Notes: generated from the sequence alone by a model not told the origin. Shown: positions 19,609 to 30,854, numbered from the stretch's first letter. The stretch is DNA of 64,000 bases from Methylococcaceae bacterium (GCA_037127995.1 JBAXXH010000007.1:1184-65183), one strand, 5' to 3'. Numbers and translations are program-made.

Positions 19609-20436
19609 ATGAAACGATTTTTTATGTTAATACTGTCACTTTGGCAGCAACGCCTGAAACTCTATGTGGTTGCAGCCCTGACAGGTGCCATTATTGGTGT
19701 TGTGGTGTTGGCTCCCAGCTACGATTATATCGATTCCAAAACGCATACTGATAGTGCGGCCTCATCAATCGATTATATGTCAAGCCAGTTTAAAGCGCTG
19801 TTAAAAGGCAATGTGTTCCAAAATAGCATGATACTGTTTTATGCGGAAATTGGTGCCATGCTGGGTTTATTAACGATTGGTCTATACAGCTTTTTACACA
19901 GGCGCTTATTGCGTATTGAGCTGTTAAAAATGGAACTGGATAAGGATATACCTTTAATCATTCGGCAAGGCGAAGGGCCTTTACTGGAATTTAAATCATC
20001 TTTTCGATGGGACTTGGAGCAATCATGCACCAATCGGCAACTTGAAAGCGTGGTGTTAAAGTCCTTGGCAGGCTTTCTCAATAGCCATCATGGCGGAACA
20101 TTATTGATTGGGGTGGCAGATGATGGCCGGATTGTTGGCTTGGAAAACGATTTCAAAACGCTTAAAAAGCAAAATCAGGATGGCTTTGAACAGACCCTGA
20201 TGACAGCGATAGCGGCTAATCTTGGTGCCGATTTATGCACACACATTAGTATTTTGTTTCATGTTATAGAGGCTAATGCTGTTTGTCGGCTGATTGTTTT
20301 ACCCGCCGACAGGCCGGTATTTTTAAACCAGGGAAACGCGCCAAAACTGTTTCTCAGAACGGGTGGTGGAACGCGGGATTTAAATATCCAGGAGGCACTG
20401 GAGTTTGCGCCCATCCGCTGGAAAAGAACCCATTAG
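19609..20436 (+). CDS. Membrane-anchored Schlafen/AlbA_2-domain protein
   Basis: Two N-terminal hydrophobic helices followed by GEGPLLEFKSS...AGFLNSHHGGTLLIGVADDGRIVGL. ATG at 19609; the ORF track starts at TTG 19597. Confidence 0.8.
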   Translation: MKRFFMLILSLWQQRLKLYVVAALTGAIIGVVVLAPSYDYIDSKTHTDSAASSIDYMSSQFKALLKGNVFQNSMILFYAEIGAMLGLLTIGLYSFLHRRLLRIELLKMELDKDIPLIIRQGEGPLLEFKSSFRWDLEQSCTNRQLESVVLKSLAGFLNSHHGGTLLIGVADDGRIVGLENDFKTLKKQNQDGFEQTLMTAIAANLGADLCTHISILFHVIEANAVCRLIVLPADRPVFLNQGNAPKLFLRTGGGTRDLNIQEALEFAPIRWKRTH

Positions 20437-21063
20437 CAAGTGGGTCACGAATCAACCAGGCTTGGATATTGCCAAAAAGAAGTTTGATTGATTGGCGGCA
20501 AGTATAAACACAAACGCTTTACTAACAATGAGCCTGATTTCACTAACTTTGTACTTTGGTTTACAGCACTTTGTACCGATGTTAAGGAACGTGCATAAAA
20601 TAACTTCAGATAACCGGAAGTCCAGGATTTTTCATTGATACCATTTTTATAAATTTCATATTTAATAATTAATGAAAACAAATAGTTAATAAATTAATAT
20701 ACCGTAATTGGGGTCATTTTAAAATCCAGCGATCAAGTTTAACACTATGATTTATATACAAGACATCTGGTTGTCTGAAATTAAAGGGTCTGACCTGGGC
20801 TGATAAAAATAATCCATTATTTGCAGATTTATTATTAACAAAGTGGTATGGTTTATGTTCTATTTAGGGATAAATAAACCATACCCTGTTAGAGCAAAAT
20901 TATTATAAAAGCCCTGTACGAAAATTAGTCAATTTCTGCTGCTTCCCAAACTCCAGCTTCCCGAGACGGTCACCACAAGAAAATGTGAACAAGAATCGTA
21001 TCAGTCATGATAGCTCCTTCTAGGCATGAGGCTCCAACGTGATCAAGTTAAACAGGAAGCCAG

Positions 21064-21221
21064 GAGGCTGTCCGAGAATAGGAACCGTAGCGAGGGGAAG
21101 CCATTTTGAGTCAGATTTTTTGATCATTTGATATAAATAGTTTATTCGTGTAACTAAAATGAGCGGAAAATCTGGCCAAAATGGCTTTTCTGCAGTAGGT
21201 TTTCTATTCTCGGACAGCCTC
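21064..21221. mobile_element. About 158-bp MITE with GAGGCTGTCCGAGAATAG terminal inverted repeats (copy 1)
   Basis: Perfect 18-bp TIR with flanks CCAG / CTAG. An inverted-orientation copy lies at 32772-32927. Confidence 0.85.
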
Positions 21222-21935
21222 CTAGAACTTCCTGGACTGGATTACCAAGCTGGAGCTGATGGAAACAGCCAACAGCCAGACTTATTGATTTAACGGTAGC
21301 AGTATTAGATATTGCCCCCATTGCTTTGCGGTAAGCGGTTAATATCGGATACATCGACCAGAAAACCACTTACCAAGCAAAGAAAACCCAATACATTGCC
21401 CTTTGCATTGGATTACCACGCAAAGAAACCTGATACATTGCCACTTGTATTTTGTAATCCCTATTTTTTTATTTTTCAATAAGTTGAAGACTAAATTTTA
21501 ATGATTGGCAAGCTGTTACCAAGTAGTTTGCACAGGATATTATGGAAAAATAGTAGCTTTTTAACGTGTGGTAAGGTTTGCACTGGCCTATGTATGAGAT
21601 TTTTATGTCCGATTAAGGCCGTTTTATCGTGGATACCGCTGTTTTTTGGTCAGTATTCAAGCGCTCGCTTTACTCTCCCCCGTTGAACAATGAGGAATAC
21701 TTACTTCCAAAGAACAGCGGTTTTTTGCCGTCAGCCTTGACTGACTGTATTTACAAAAAACTATTTTGGGTAATGCTGTGAGCAGCATCAGTCTACTCCA
21801 TAACGCCGTTATAGGGTATTATTGTCAATCCGGATTTTTGTAGACTCTATATGATTTACAGCGGGCAACCCATAACTCATGATTAAAAATGTAAGCGGGT
21901 CATAAGATGAATTGATATTGCCCAAGTCGTAGAGT

Positions 21936-22155
21936 CGTCATTCCGGCATGGACTACCGGAATCCAGTTGCCATGGATGGCACTTACAAAGCATCCAATCA
22001 GCTGATTTATAGTGTAATTTTAATAAATACGCGGCAATATAGATAAGTTCATCCTTGTACACTGGATCCTGGCACAAATCTGTCTGAAACAGATTTACAT
22101 TTACCCGCAGGGCGACAGGCAGGATAGCCTGGCGTGAATCCATGCCGGGATGACG
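21936..22155. repeat. Full-length CGTCATTCCGGCATGGA...TCCATGCCGGGATGACG dispersed element
   Basis: 17-bp TIR with one mismatch. The interior matches 14412-14551. Confidence 0.8.
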
Positions 22156-22257
22156 GCTTGAACGTTTTGAGCTATTGATAAGATTTGTGTTTATCGGTAT
22201 TTTTTATTATTTACCCGCTAGGATCACATAGCGCCTTTTTGGATTAACTGCCTTTAA

Positions 22258-23190
<933 letters not shown>

Positions 23191-23244
23191 ATTATTAGGG
23201 TTGCTGTTATAGAGACCTTCGTTGATTAAGCGACTTTTTTTCCT

Positions 23245-23297
23245 GTAGGGCGTGCCGTGCGCACCTTGAAAAATAAGGCACGCACGGCACGCCCTAC
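23245..23297. repeat. REP palindrome GTAGGGCGTGCCGTGCG...CGCACGGCACGCCCTAC
   Basis: Perfect 17-bp inverted repeat downstream of hemF. Confidence 0.8.
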
Positions 23298-23334
23298 ATA
23301 CTTAATTAATTCAGGGCTCTATATTGGCAACCGA

Positions 23335-23395
23335 AGGGATTTATTTTTAAAATCTCCCCTAACCCCGCTTTTTCAAAGAGGGGTACTGAACAGTT
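23335..23395. repeat. REP-like element, AATCTCCCCTAACCC family (copy 3)
   Basis: AATCTCCCCTAACCCCGCTTTTTCAAAGAGGGG followed by CTGAACAGTTA. Confidence 0.7.
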
Positions 23396-23415
23396 ATATT
23401 ATTAGGAATACCTGA

Positions 23416-24231
23416 ATGCAGGGATCATTAAAAAAAATGCACAGCCGTCTGGAAAGTCCGGTTTCTTATGATTTACCGTTAGGTGATCAGAGTATCGCTT
23501 TAAATCCATTGCTGGGTAAGTCGATCAAATTGACATATACAGGGAAAATTTCTTGTGTCCATTGCAATCGGGCGATTAAAAAAAGTTACAATCAGGGCTA
23601 TTGTTACCCTTGTTTTATCACGCTGGCGCAATGTGATTTATGTATTATGAAGCCGGAAACCTGTCATTATGAAGCCGGGACCTGCCGGGAACCCGCTTGG
23701 GGTGAGGCGTTCTGCATTAAGCCACATATTGTTTATCTCGCCAATTCGAGCGGCATTAAGGTGGGCATTACCCGACAAACTCAAGTCCCGACGCGTTGGA
23801 TAGATCAAGGTGCCGTACAGGCATTGCCTTTCTTTAAAGTACAGTCCAGATATATGGCGGGTTTGATTGAGGTGTCCATTGCCAAACAAGTCAGTGATAA
23901 AACCAGTTGGCAACAAATGCTTAAAAGCAAGGTGGAGTCGGTAGATCTGGTTAAAAAACGCGATGAATTAATGAGTCAATGTAAAGCTGATTTGGCTGAC
24001 GTTAATCTGCGTTTTGGTTCGCAGGCGATTGAATTTTTACCCGAAGAACCCGTTGTGGACATACATTTTCCGGTAGATACTTATCCTGTCAAAATTAAAT
24101 CATTTAATTTTGACAAGAACCCTGAAGTTTCAGGCGTTCTGCATGGCATTAAAGGCCAGTATCTGTTGCTGGATACGGGAGTTATTAATATTCGTAAATT
24201 TTCGGGTTACGAAGTGGAGTTTTCGATGTAG
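23416..24231 (+). CDS. DUF2797-family protein
   Basis: CVHC...QGYCYPC...CDLCIMKPETCHY, HIVYLANSSGIKVGITR and RWIDQGA. Confidence 0.85.
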   Translation: MQGSLKKMHSRLESPVSYDLPLGDQSIALNPLLGKSIKLTYTGKISCVHCNRAIKKSYNQGYCYPCFITLAQCDLCIMKPETCHYEAGTCREPAWGEAFCIKPHIVYLANSSGIKVGITRQTQVPTRWIDQGAVQALPFFKVQSRYMAGLIEVSIAKQVSDKTSWQQMLKSKVESVDLVKKRDELMSQCKADLADVNLRFGSQAIEFLPEEPVVDIHFPVDTYPVKIKSFNFDKNPEVSGVLHGIKGQYLLLDTGVINIRKFSGYEVEFSM

Positions 24232-24317
24232 AATTAACAAATTTTGTAGATTGGGTGGCTTGCTTATTAAATGCATGGTCTACAATCATTAGGCGTTTCC
24301 GGCACTCAATCTCTGAA

Positions 24318-24407
24318 GCGTGACGGGGTTGACAACTCCATTACTCAGATTTTGAAAGTTATTTAAGTCTTCAAACGTTTCGGTCGGGGTTGAAAACCCC
24401 GACCGGC
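24318..24407. repeat. REP-like element, GCGTGACGGGGTT...GGGGTTGAAAACCCC family (copy 1)
   Basis: The same two blocks recur at 36988-37123. Confidence 0.7.
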
Positions 24408-24519
24408 ATACAAGATACAAATCGCATAGACGAGTTACAAATGAACTTTATCGATGGACTTGAATCAGAGACACAAAAAAATAATCACCAAAAACTCGTA
24501 ATAGATAACCAAATAAGCC

Positions 24520-25398
24520 ATGAATAAAATCCAATCACCGTCAGTACAAAATACAGTCAATACTGATAAAGTTAAGCTGCCCTATTTTGACTATTTATTG
24601 ACGCTGTTAAAAGATAATAATGAGGCGGTAGAAAAGAGCTTTGGTCGACATGTACATTGGGGTTATTGGGAAGATCCCAAGCAAGCGGTATTATCAACGG
24701 CGGATTTTGAACAAGCGACAGAGAATTTAAGTCGGCAAGTCTGTCTGGCGGGACATATTGAAAATGGTCAGGCTGTGCTGGATGTCGGTTGCGGTTTTGG
24801 CGGCACAGTGGCACATATTAACGAAAATTATACCGGTATGACCTTAACCGGCTTAAATCTTGATGAACGTCAGTTGGTTAGGGCACGCTCAAACGTGTTG
24901 CCGCTGGCGGATAATACGCTTCAGTTTCAACAGGGTAATGCCTGCGAGTTACCTTATCCGGATAACTCATTCGATGTGGTTTTAGCGGTTGAGTGTATCT
25001 TTCATTTTCCGGATCGTGAGCAGTTTTTCAGGGAGGCTTATCGGGTGCTTAAACCGGGCGGGTATTTGGCGTTATCTGATTTTGTTCCCAGAGCTGCGGT
25101 AGTACCGCTGATGAACATTAAATTGCCCGAGAACATAGGCACTGCTTTTTATGGTGCAAACAATGCGCTATGCAGCGCTAAATATTATCAAAAGCTGGCT
25201 GAGAAGATACCCTTTAATCAGCAAATTGCGCGTGATATCACCGCAAATACGTTGCCGACTTATCCTTATTTAAGGCAGCTTGCCAAGCAACAACGTGGTG
25301 CCCCTAAAATGGCAATGCTGGAAACAGCGGCAATTGAATGCTTAAGCAGACTTGGATTAGTCAATTATTATATTTTTGGCTTTCAAAAACAGGCATAA
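24520..25398 (+). CDS. SAM-dependent methyltransferase (type 11; sterol/tocopherol/natural-product MT-like)
   Basis: HVHWGYW, VLDVGCGFGG, LPYPDNSFDVV and AYRVLKPGG. Confidence 0.85.
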   Translation: MNKIQSPSVQNTVNTDKVKLPYFDYLLTLLKDNNEAVEKSFGRHVHWGYWEDPKQAVLSTADFEQATENLSRQVCLAGHIENGQAVLDVGCGFGGTVAHINENYTGMTLTGLNLDERQLVRARSNVLPLADNTLQFQQGNACELPYPDNSFDVVLAVECIFHFPDREQFFREAYRVLKPGGYLALSDFVPRAAVVPLMNIKLPENIGTAFYGANNALCSAKYYQKLAEKIPFNQQIARDITANTLPTYPYLRQLAKQQRGAPKMAMLETAAIECLSRLGLVNYYIFGFQKQA

Positions 25399-25672
25399 TG
25401 CTCTTTTTTAGGTCATCAATTCAGTGTTTTTTGTTTGTCCTGAAATTTAAGATAAAGACTGATAAATAATGCCTGCTCAATTTTGACGTTATTGTTTGCT
25501 ATAATAATCGCTTAGTTAATGACCTAATTTATAACGACATGGTTTTGTAGCTTGTCGATTTAAACTTCAATCCAATCCAAAACATAACAATTATTTTACT
25601 ATCAATGTTAAAGACAGAATCCCTGAACAGCTCCAGTCAGTTGTTCTTACCTTTTAATGGGAATGGCTAATT

Positions 25673-28600
25673 ATGCAAGGATCTAGTCGAGTTATTCACC
25701 GGCTTTTAGCGGTGTACATTGTTGTCGTATTGATCGTCATTGGATTTGTTATTACCAAGCTTGTGCGAGATGAGGTTCAAACCTCACGATATCAGGCACG
25801 GTATCTTTCTGCAATCAGTGAACAATTAAGCTTTAAACTGGCTTCGGGCCCCAGTACCTCAATACGTTTTCCGGAGTATGGGCCTTACGATCAACGGTTG
25901 GGCTATACATTATTGCCGGAGGTAATTAAGCGCCTGGAAAAATCGGGTTTTAGCGTGACCTCACAAGCCGCTTTTTCGCCGATGATGGCAGAACTGGCTG
26001 ATTACGGATTGTTCAACATCTATCATGAAAAAACCCAGGCAGGACTTCGCATCACCGATAAAGACGATCAGGTCGTTTTTAATGCGGTGTATCCTGCTTA
26101 TGGCTACCCCGATTTTAAGGCAATTCCTCCGTTAATTTTAAACACCTTGCTGTTTATAGAAAATCGCGAGTTACTTAACGAAGATCATACTACCGTTAAT
26201 CCGGCTATTGAATGGGATCGTTTGGGCTTTGCCGGGCTGCAATTAATGGCACACAAATTAGGCGCTACCAGTTCTGTGCCAGGCGGCAGTACCTTGGCAA
26301 CCCAGTTAGAAAAGTATCGTCATTCAAAGAACGGCTACACCAATTCGATTGTAGATAAATTTCGCCAAATGGGTACGGCATCGGTGCGAGCCTACTTGAT
26401 GGGCCCTGATACCTTAGAAATGAGGCAAGAAATTGCGCTCTCTTATTTAAACTCCATGCCGCTTGCCGCTACGCCGAAATTAGGCGAAGTTCATGGTTTG
26501 GGTGATGGTTTGTCGGCTTGGTATGGCGCTGATTTTACCGAGATCAATAAACTATTAAGTCCGGAAGCACTCAAGCCGCCGCATCAAATTACCCCGCAAC
26601 AAGCACAAGCTTACCGGCAGGTGTTGAGTATATTGTTATCACAGAGAAGACCTTCCTATCTGCTGGGACGTGGTTATGAAGCCTTACAAAATTTGACCAA
26701 CAGTTATTTGCGCTTACTGTCAGATCAGGGGGTTATTAGTGTGGCACTGAGGGATGCGGCTTTACAGGGCTCTTCAGTTCGCCCGCCCAAGTCAGTCGCT
26801 GAACCGGCTAAATTTATGACCGAAAAAAAGACGCAAAACGTATTGCGCAGCCGTCTTGCCCGTGTTCTGGGCGTAAAGTCTAATTATGAATTGGATCGCC
26901 TTGATTTAACGGTTAAAACTACGCTCGACTACAGTACCCAGCAAGCGATTACCAATGCGCTAAGGCAGCTCAGTCAGCCCGACCAGGCGCGTGCCGCAGG
27001 TATCCTTGGCTTCAGGTTACTTAACGAAAACACGGATCTTAATCCGATTGTCTACAGTTTAATGTTGTTTGAACGGGGCAAAACAGGTAATCTTCTGCGT
27101 GTGCAGACCGATAACTACGACCAGCCGCTTGATATTAACGAAGGCATTCGACTGGATCTGGGTTCCACGTCCAAACTGAGAACGATGGTGCATTATCTGG
27201 AGCTGGTTACTGATATTTATCAGCAGTATAAAGAGCGTCCTGCACAAGAACTCAGTAAAATTGAATTGCATCCCCGTGACTTTTTATCGGCATGGGTCAT
27301 AGAGCAATTAAAACTGTCACCAAAAATCAATCTGGAGGATTTGCTTAATCTGGCTCTGGACAGACGTTATTCAGCCGGGCCTGGCGAATATTTTTTTACC
27401 GGTGGCGGTCTTCATCATTTTAATAATTTCACAGAAGATGAAAATAATAAAATCATGTCAGTGCGCGATGCCCTGCGTGATTCTGTCAATCTGGTCTTTA
27501 TTCGCTTGATGCGGGATGTTGTTTATCATCATCTTTATAAACCGGACGGCATAGCGCGTTGGCTTGAAAGCACGGATGACCCAAAGCGCCAAGAATATCT
27601 GGAACGTTTTGCAGACAACGAAGGACGTACTTATTTACAACGTTTTTACGTCAGATACCAAGGTAAAAGCACAGAAGAAGCCATGGCAATGCTGACTAAA
27701 AGAGTATTTGCCAAGCCTTCACGTTTTACCATGCTGTATCGGGCGATTTACCCTGATCGTGACGAAAATGCACTTAGTGCTTTTCTTACGGCCAATTTAG
27801 GCAAAAATGCGCTGGTCGATGAAGATGTCTATGAACTTTACGACAAATACTCGGCAGAGAAATTTGATTTACAGGATCAAGGTTATATTACCAAGATTCA
27901 TCCGCTGGAATTATGGCTGGTGGGTTATTTAGCCCAGCATCCAAAAGCGACGCGTGAAGAAGTTATCGCCGCCAGTTATGAGCAACGCCAGGATGTATAT
28001 CGTTGGCTGTTTAAGAACCATAGAAAATACGCTCAACAGCGACGCATCATGACGATGCTTGAAGAAGAAGCTTTTAAAGAAATTCATAGCGCCTGGAAAC
28101 GTGTTGGCTATCCGTTTGATGCCTTAACACCTTCTTATGCAACATCGATAGGTGCATCAGGCGATAGACCCGCAGCGCTGGCCGAACTCACCGGTATTTT
28201 GTTAAATGACGGTGTCAGGTTACCGGCTGTCCGCTTTGAGAGTTTGCATTACGCTCAGGGAACCCCTTATGAAACGCTAATGAACAAGACCCCGGATCAA
28301 GGTCAGCGTATCTTTGCCCCGGAAATCGCTAAAGTTGCGCGTGGCGCAATGATTGGCGTGGTCACGGCTGGAACCGCCGGACGTCTTAACGGTATTTACA
28401 CGGATGCTCAGGGCAAACCCTTATCGGTGGGCGGCAAAACCGGCACGGGAGATCATCGCAAGCAAGTATGGGGCGCAGGCGGTCGATTGATTGAGTCGAA
28501 ATTTATCAGTCGTGCTGCGACTTTTACATTTTTCCTGGGAGATCACTTTTTTGGCGTAATGACTGCCTACATCGAGGGAGATAATGCCGGACTTTATCAC

Positions 28601-29173
28601 TTTACCAGCTCATTACCGGTACAAATAATCAAGTTTTTAAAGCCCGTATTGTCACCCTTAATAAACAACACCGAACCACCCAAAGAAATTATCAAGCCTG
28701 TGGCTAACGTGATCATTGCCGAAAATATTAAGCCGGTTATTAAAGTAGTGGAGACAAAGAACCTTAAACCGGTCGCTTTAGTTACAGAAACAAAAAAGAG
28801 CCTGCCTGACCCCAAATTAGCAACGCCTAAAGTAGTAATCAAGCCGTTGGTTGAAAAGGTAGTGCCTGTAGCGGCTGTTACTCCTAAAATTAACAAGCCT
28901 GGTAATGAAACTGCCGTGGTAAAAATTACCAAACCGCTGGTTGTAAAGACGCCTCCTGCCGTTACCAAACCGGTGACTGAAAAAGTAATCGCCAAAGTAG
29001 CCACCAAGCCTCCCGTTAAAGTGACAACTACTGAAATTATTAAACCGCTGGCTAAAGAAACAGTGCCTAAAAATACCAAGCCGCCAGTGAATGAAAAAGT
29101 CACTTTGACCGATAAAAATGACAGTGCAACCCGCTATTACAAATACCCTACACTTCCCAAACTGACTCAATAA
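25673..29173 (+). CDS. Large class A PBP-like protein (GT51 transglycosylase plus transpeptidase-like domain) with a Lys/Pro/Val/Thr-rich tail
   Basis: N-terminal TM, FIENRE, GGSTLATQLEK, LGSTSKL (SxxK), SVN and KTGTG, then about 165 aa of low-complexity C-terminus. Confidence 0.8.
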   Translation: MQGSSRVIHRLLAVYIVVVLIVIGFVITKLVRDEVQTSRYQARYLSAISEQLSFKLASGPSTSIRFPEYGPYDQRLGYTLLPEVIKRLEKSGFSVTSQAAFSPMMAELADYGLFNIYHEKTQAGLRITDKDDQVVFNAVYPAYGYPDFKAIPPLILNTLLFIENRELLNEDHTTVNPAIEWDRLGFAGLQLMAHKLGATSSVPGGSTLATQLEKYRHSKNGYTNSIVDKFRQMGTASVRAYLMGPDTLEMRQEIALSYLNSMPLAATPKLGEVHGLGDGLSAWYGADFTEINKLLSPEALKPPHQITPQQAQAYRQVLSILLSQRRPSYLLGRGYEALQNLTNSYLRLLSDQGVISVALRDAALQGSSVRPPKSVAEPAKFMTEKKTQNVLRSRLARVLGVKSNYELDRLDLTVKTTLDYSTQQAITNALRQLSQPDQARAAGILGFRLLNENTDLNPIVYSLMLFERGKTGNLLRVQTDNYDQPLDINEGIRLDLGSTSKLRTMVHYLELVTDIYQQYKERPAQELSKIELHPRDFLSAWVIEQLKLSPKINLEDLLNLALDRRYSAGPGEYFFTGGGLHHFNNFTEDENNKIMSVRDALRDSVNLVFIRLMRDVVYHHLYKPDGIARWLESTDDPKRQEYLERFADNEGRTYLQRFYVRYQGKSTEEAMAMLTKRVFAKPSRFTMLYRAIYPDRDENALSAFLTANLGKNALVDEDVYELYDKYSAEKFDLQDQGYITKIHPLELWLVGYLAQHPKATREEVIAASYEQRQDVYRWLFKNHRKYAQQRRIMTMLEEEAFKEIHSAWKRVGYPFDALTPSYATSIGASGDRPAALAELTGILLNDGVRLPAVRFESLHYAQGTPYETLMNKTPDQGQRIFAPEIAKVARGAMIGVVTAGTAGRLNGIYTDAQGKPLSVGGKTGTGDHRKQVWGAGGRLIESKFISRAATFTFFLGDHFFGVMTAYIEGDNAGLYHFTSSLPVQIIKFLKPVLSPLINNTEPPKEIIKPVANVIIAENIKPVIKVVETKNLKPVALVTETKKSLPDPKLATPKVVIKPLVEKVVPVAAVTPKINKPGNETAVVKITKPLVVKTPPAVTKPVTEKVIAKVATKPPVKVTTTEIIKPLAKETVPKNTKPPVNEKVTLTDKNDSATRYYKYPTLPKLTQ

Positions 29174-29182
29174 AGAAATTTT

Positions 29183-29779
29183 TTAAGGGGTATCGTTAGC
29201 TTCAAGCGCTGATAATTCGGTTAACGTATTGATGTTGATAAATATCTCCGGTTCGTTGCTAAAATCGGCTTTAACCGTTTTTTGTTGCTCCAGCCAGTAG
29301 CCAACTTTACGTTGACCACTGGCCAGGTAATTTTCCAAACTGATTTTTAGCGATGTTTTTATCGCTAAAAAAACCGGATGCAAACGCACACCATCAAAAG
29401 CGACCGCCACATCCGCCGCATTTTCTGCGCAGGCAGCCAACAATTTTTGCAAATGTTCAGCTTTAATTAACGGCGAATCACACGGAACAACCACCAGTAC
29501 ATCAGCATCCGTATAAATCATTGCCGTTAATACACCCGCCAAAGGCCCGTCAAAATTGTCCGTTTGATCAGCAACCACCGGCAATCCAAATGCCTGATAG
29601 TGATCTCTGTTACGATTGGCATTGATAATGATTTGATCAGTAACCGCAGTGAGCGCAGCGATGGCATAGCTCACCAGCGGGCGACCTTTATAATGTATCA
29701 AGCCTTTATCCTGATTATTCATACGACGTGCTAAGCCACCGGCAAGAATGACACCGGCTACTGTTGTTTGATTAAGCAT
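29183..29779 (-). CDS. mobA: Molybdenum cofactor guanylyltransferase
   Basis: GVILAGGLARRM...DKGL, GPLAG, VPCDSP and FININT. Confidence 0.95.
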   Translation of the reverse strand: MLNQTTVAGVILAGGLARRMNNQDKGLIHYKGRPLVSYAIAALTAVTDQIIINANRNRDHYQAFGLPVVADQTDNFDGPLAGVLTAMIYTDADVLVVVPCDSPLIKAEHLQKLLAACAENAADVAVAFDGVRLHPVFLAIKTSLKISLENYLASGQRKVGYWLEQQKTVKADFSNEPEIFININTLTELSALEANDTP

Positions 29780-29882
29780 GATTGTTTACCTGACGATATC
29801 AACAAATAAGGCATTAAATCATTTTTCAGTTAAAATGAGTCAATTATTTAATCTCGATTGCTTTTACGGAACAGAGGGAATT

Positions 29883-30440
29883 ATGTCTAACTTGGCTATC
29901 AAACAAGCTACTTATCAAGACATTATTGATTTGCCCGAAAACAGGGTTGGCGAGATCATTAATGGTCAGTTGGAAGTTCATCCGCGCCCCGCGCCTAAAC
30001 ACGCAGTCGCCTCTTCTTCTTTAGGTGCAGAATTGGTTTCACCTTTTCAAAAAGGTCGTGGCGGTCCTGGAGGCTGGTGGATTATTGACGAACCTGAATG
30101 TCATTTGGGTGCTCATGTGCTAGTGCCTGATCTTGCGGGTTGGCGTAAACAAAGAATGCCTATTTTGCCAAAAACGGCCTGGTTTGAGGTTGTTCCTGAT
30201 TGGGTCTGTGAGATTTTATCACCCTCAACAGCACGCCTGGACCGGATTGTTAAAACGCCCCTTTATGCACAACTGGGCGTTACCCGCCTGTGGCAAATTG
30301 ATCCTAACCTGCAAACCCTCGAAGCCTACCAATTACACGACTCGCATTGGCTTTTAATCGGAACCTTTGCCAATGACCAAGCTGTATCCATCGCTCCCTT
30401 TGCCGAGCATACTTTTTTACTTTCTGATTTATGGGAATAA
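29883..30440 (+). CDS. Uma2-family (PD-(D/E)xK) endonuclease-like protein
   Basis: EIINGQL...PRP...HA, VPDLAGWR and PDWVCEILSPST. Start moved to ATG 29883. Confidence 0.88.
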   Translation: MSNLAIKQATYQDIIDLPENRVGEIINGQLEVHPRPAPKHAVASSSLGAELVSPFQKGRGGPGGWWIIDEPECHLGAHVLVPDLAGWRKQRMPILPKTAWFEVVPDWVCEILSPSTARLDRIVKTPLYAQLGVTRLWQIDPNLQTLEAYQLHDSHWLLIGTFANDQAVSIAPFAEHTFLLSDLWE

Positions 30441-30449
30441 GCCACATCA

Positions 30450-30854
30450 ATGAAAAATAAATACACAGCCTCTATTTTAAGTCTTTGCTTGGGCGCAACC
30501 ATTGCTGGTTGTACAACGACACCTGAAAAAACAGTTGAGCAGGCCTCCGTTGAACCAACAACGCTGGTTAACGATTATCCCACTCGTGATCGTGTTGAAT
30601 ATGTTTTAAACTGCGTAGCCCAACATGGCGGCCTTACCTACATTACACAATATGCCTGCGGTTGCAAGATTGATAAAATCGCTGAGAAATTGACCTTTAC
30701 GGAATTTGAATCAGCAAAAACCTTTACTTATTTAAGTAAGGGGCAAACCGGCGATGCCGGCGCTGTTTTTCGTGATCCAGCCCAATCTAAAGATTTAAGG
30801 AAACGGCTGAAAGAAGCTGAAGCCTCTGCGGAAAAAAGCTGCTTTGTGAAATAA
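30450..30854 (+). CDS. Hypothetical lipoprotein
   Basis: Lipobox TIAGC, then NDYPTRDRVEYVLNC...CGCKID with likely paired cysteines. Confidence 0.75.
   Translation: MKNKYTASILSLCLGATIAGCTTTPEKTVEQASVEPTTLVNDYPTRDRVEYVLNCVAQHGGLTYITQYACGCKIDKIAEKLTFTEFESAKTFTYLSKGQTGDAGAVFRDPAQSKDLRKRLKEAEASAEKSCFVK

Noticed and set aside
21370-21442. Two ~30-bp direct repeats (TTACCAxGCAAAGAAA..ATACATTGCC) as a mini-CRISPR
   Set aside because: Only two degenerate units with a 12-nt spacer, and no cas genes in the window.
28597-29170. Antisense ORFs of 168 and 117 aa over the PBP tail
   Set aside because: They are by-products of the low-complexity K/P/V/T coding on the opposite strand.
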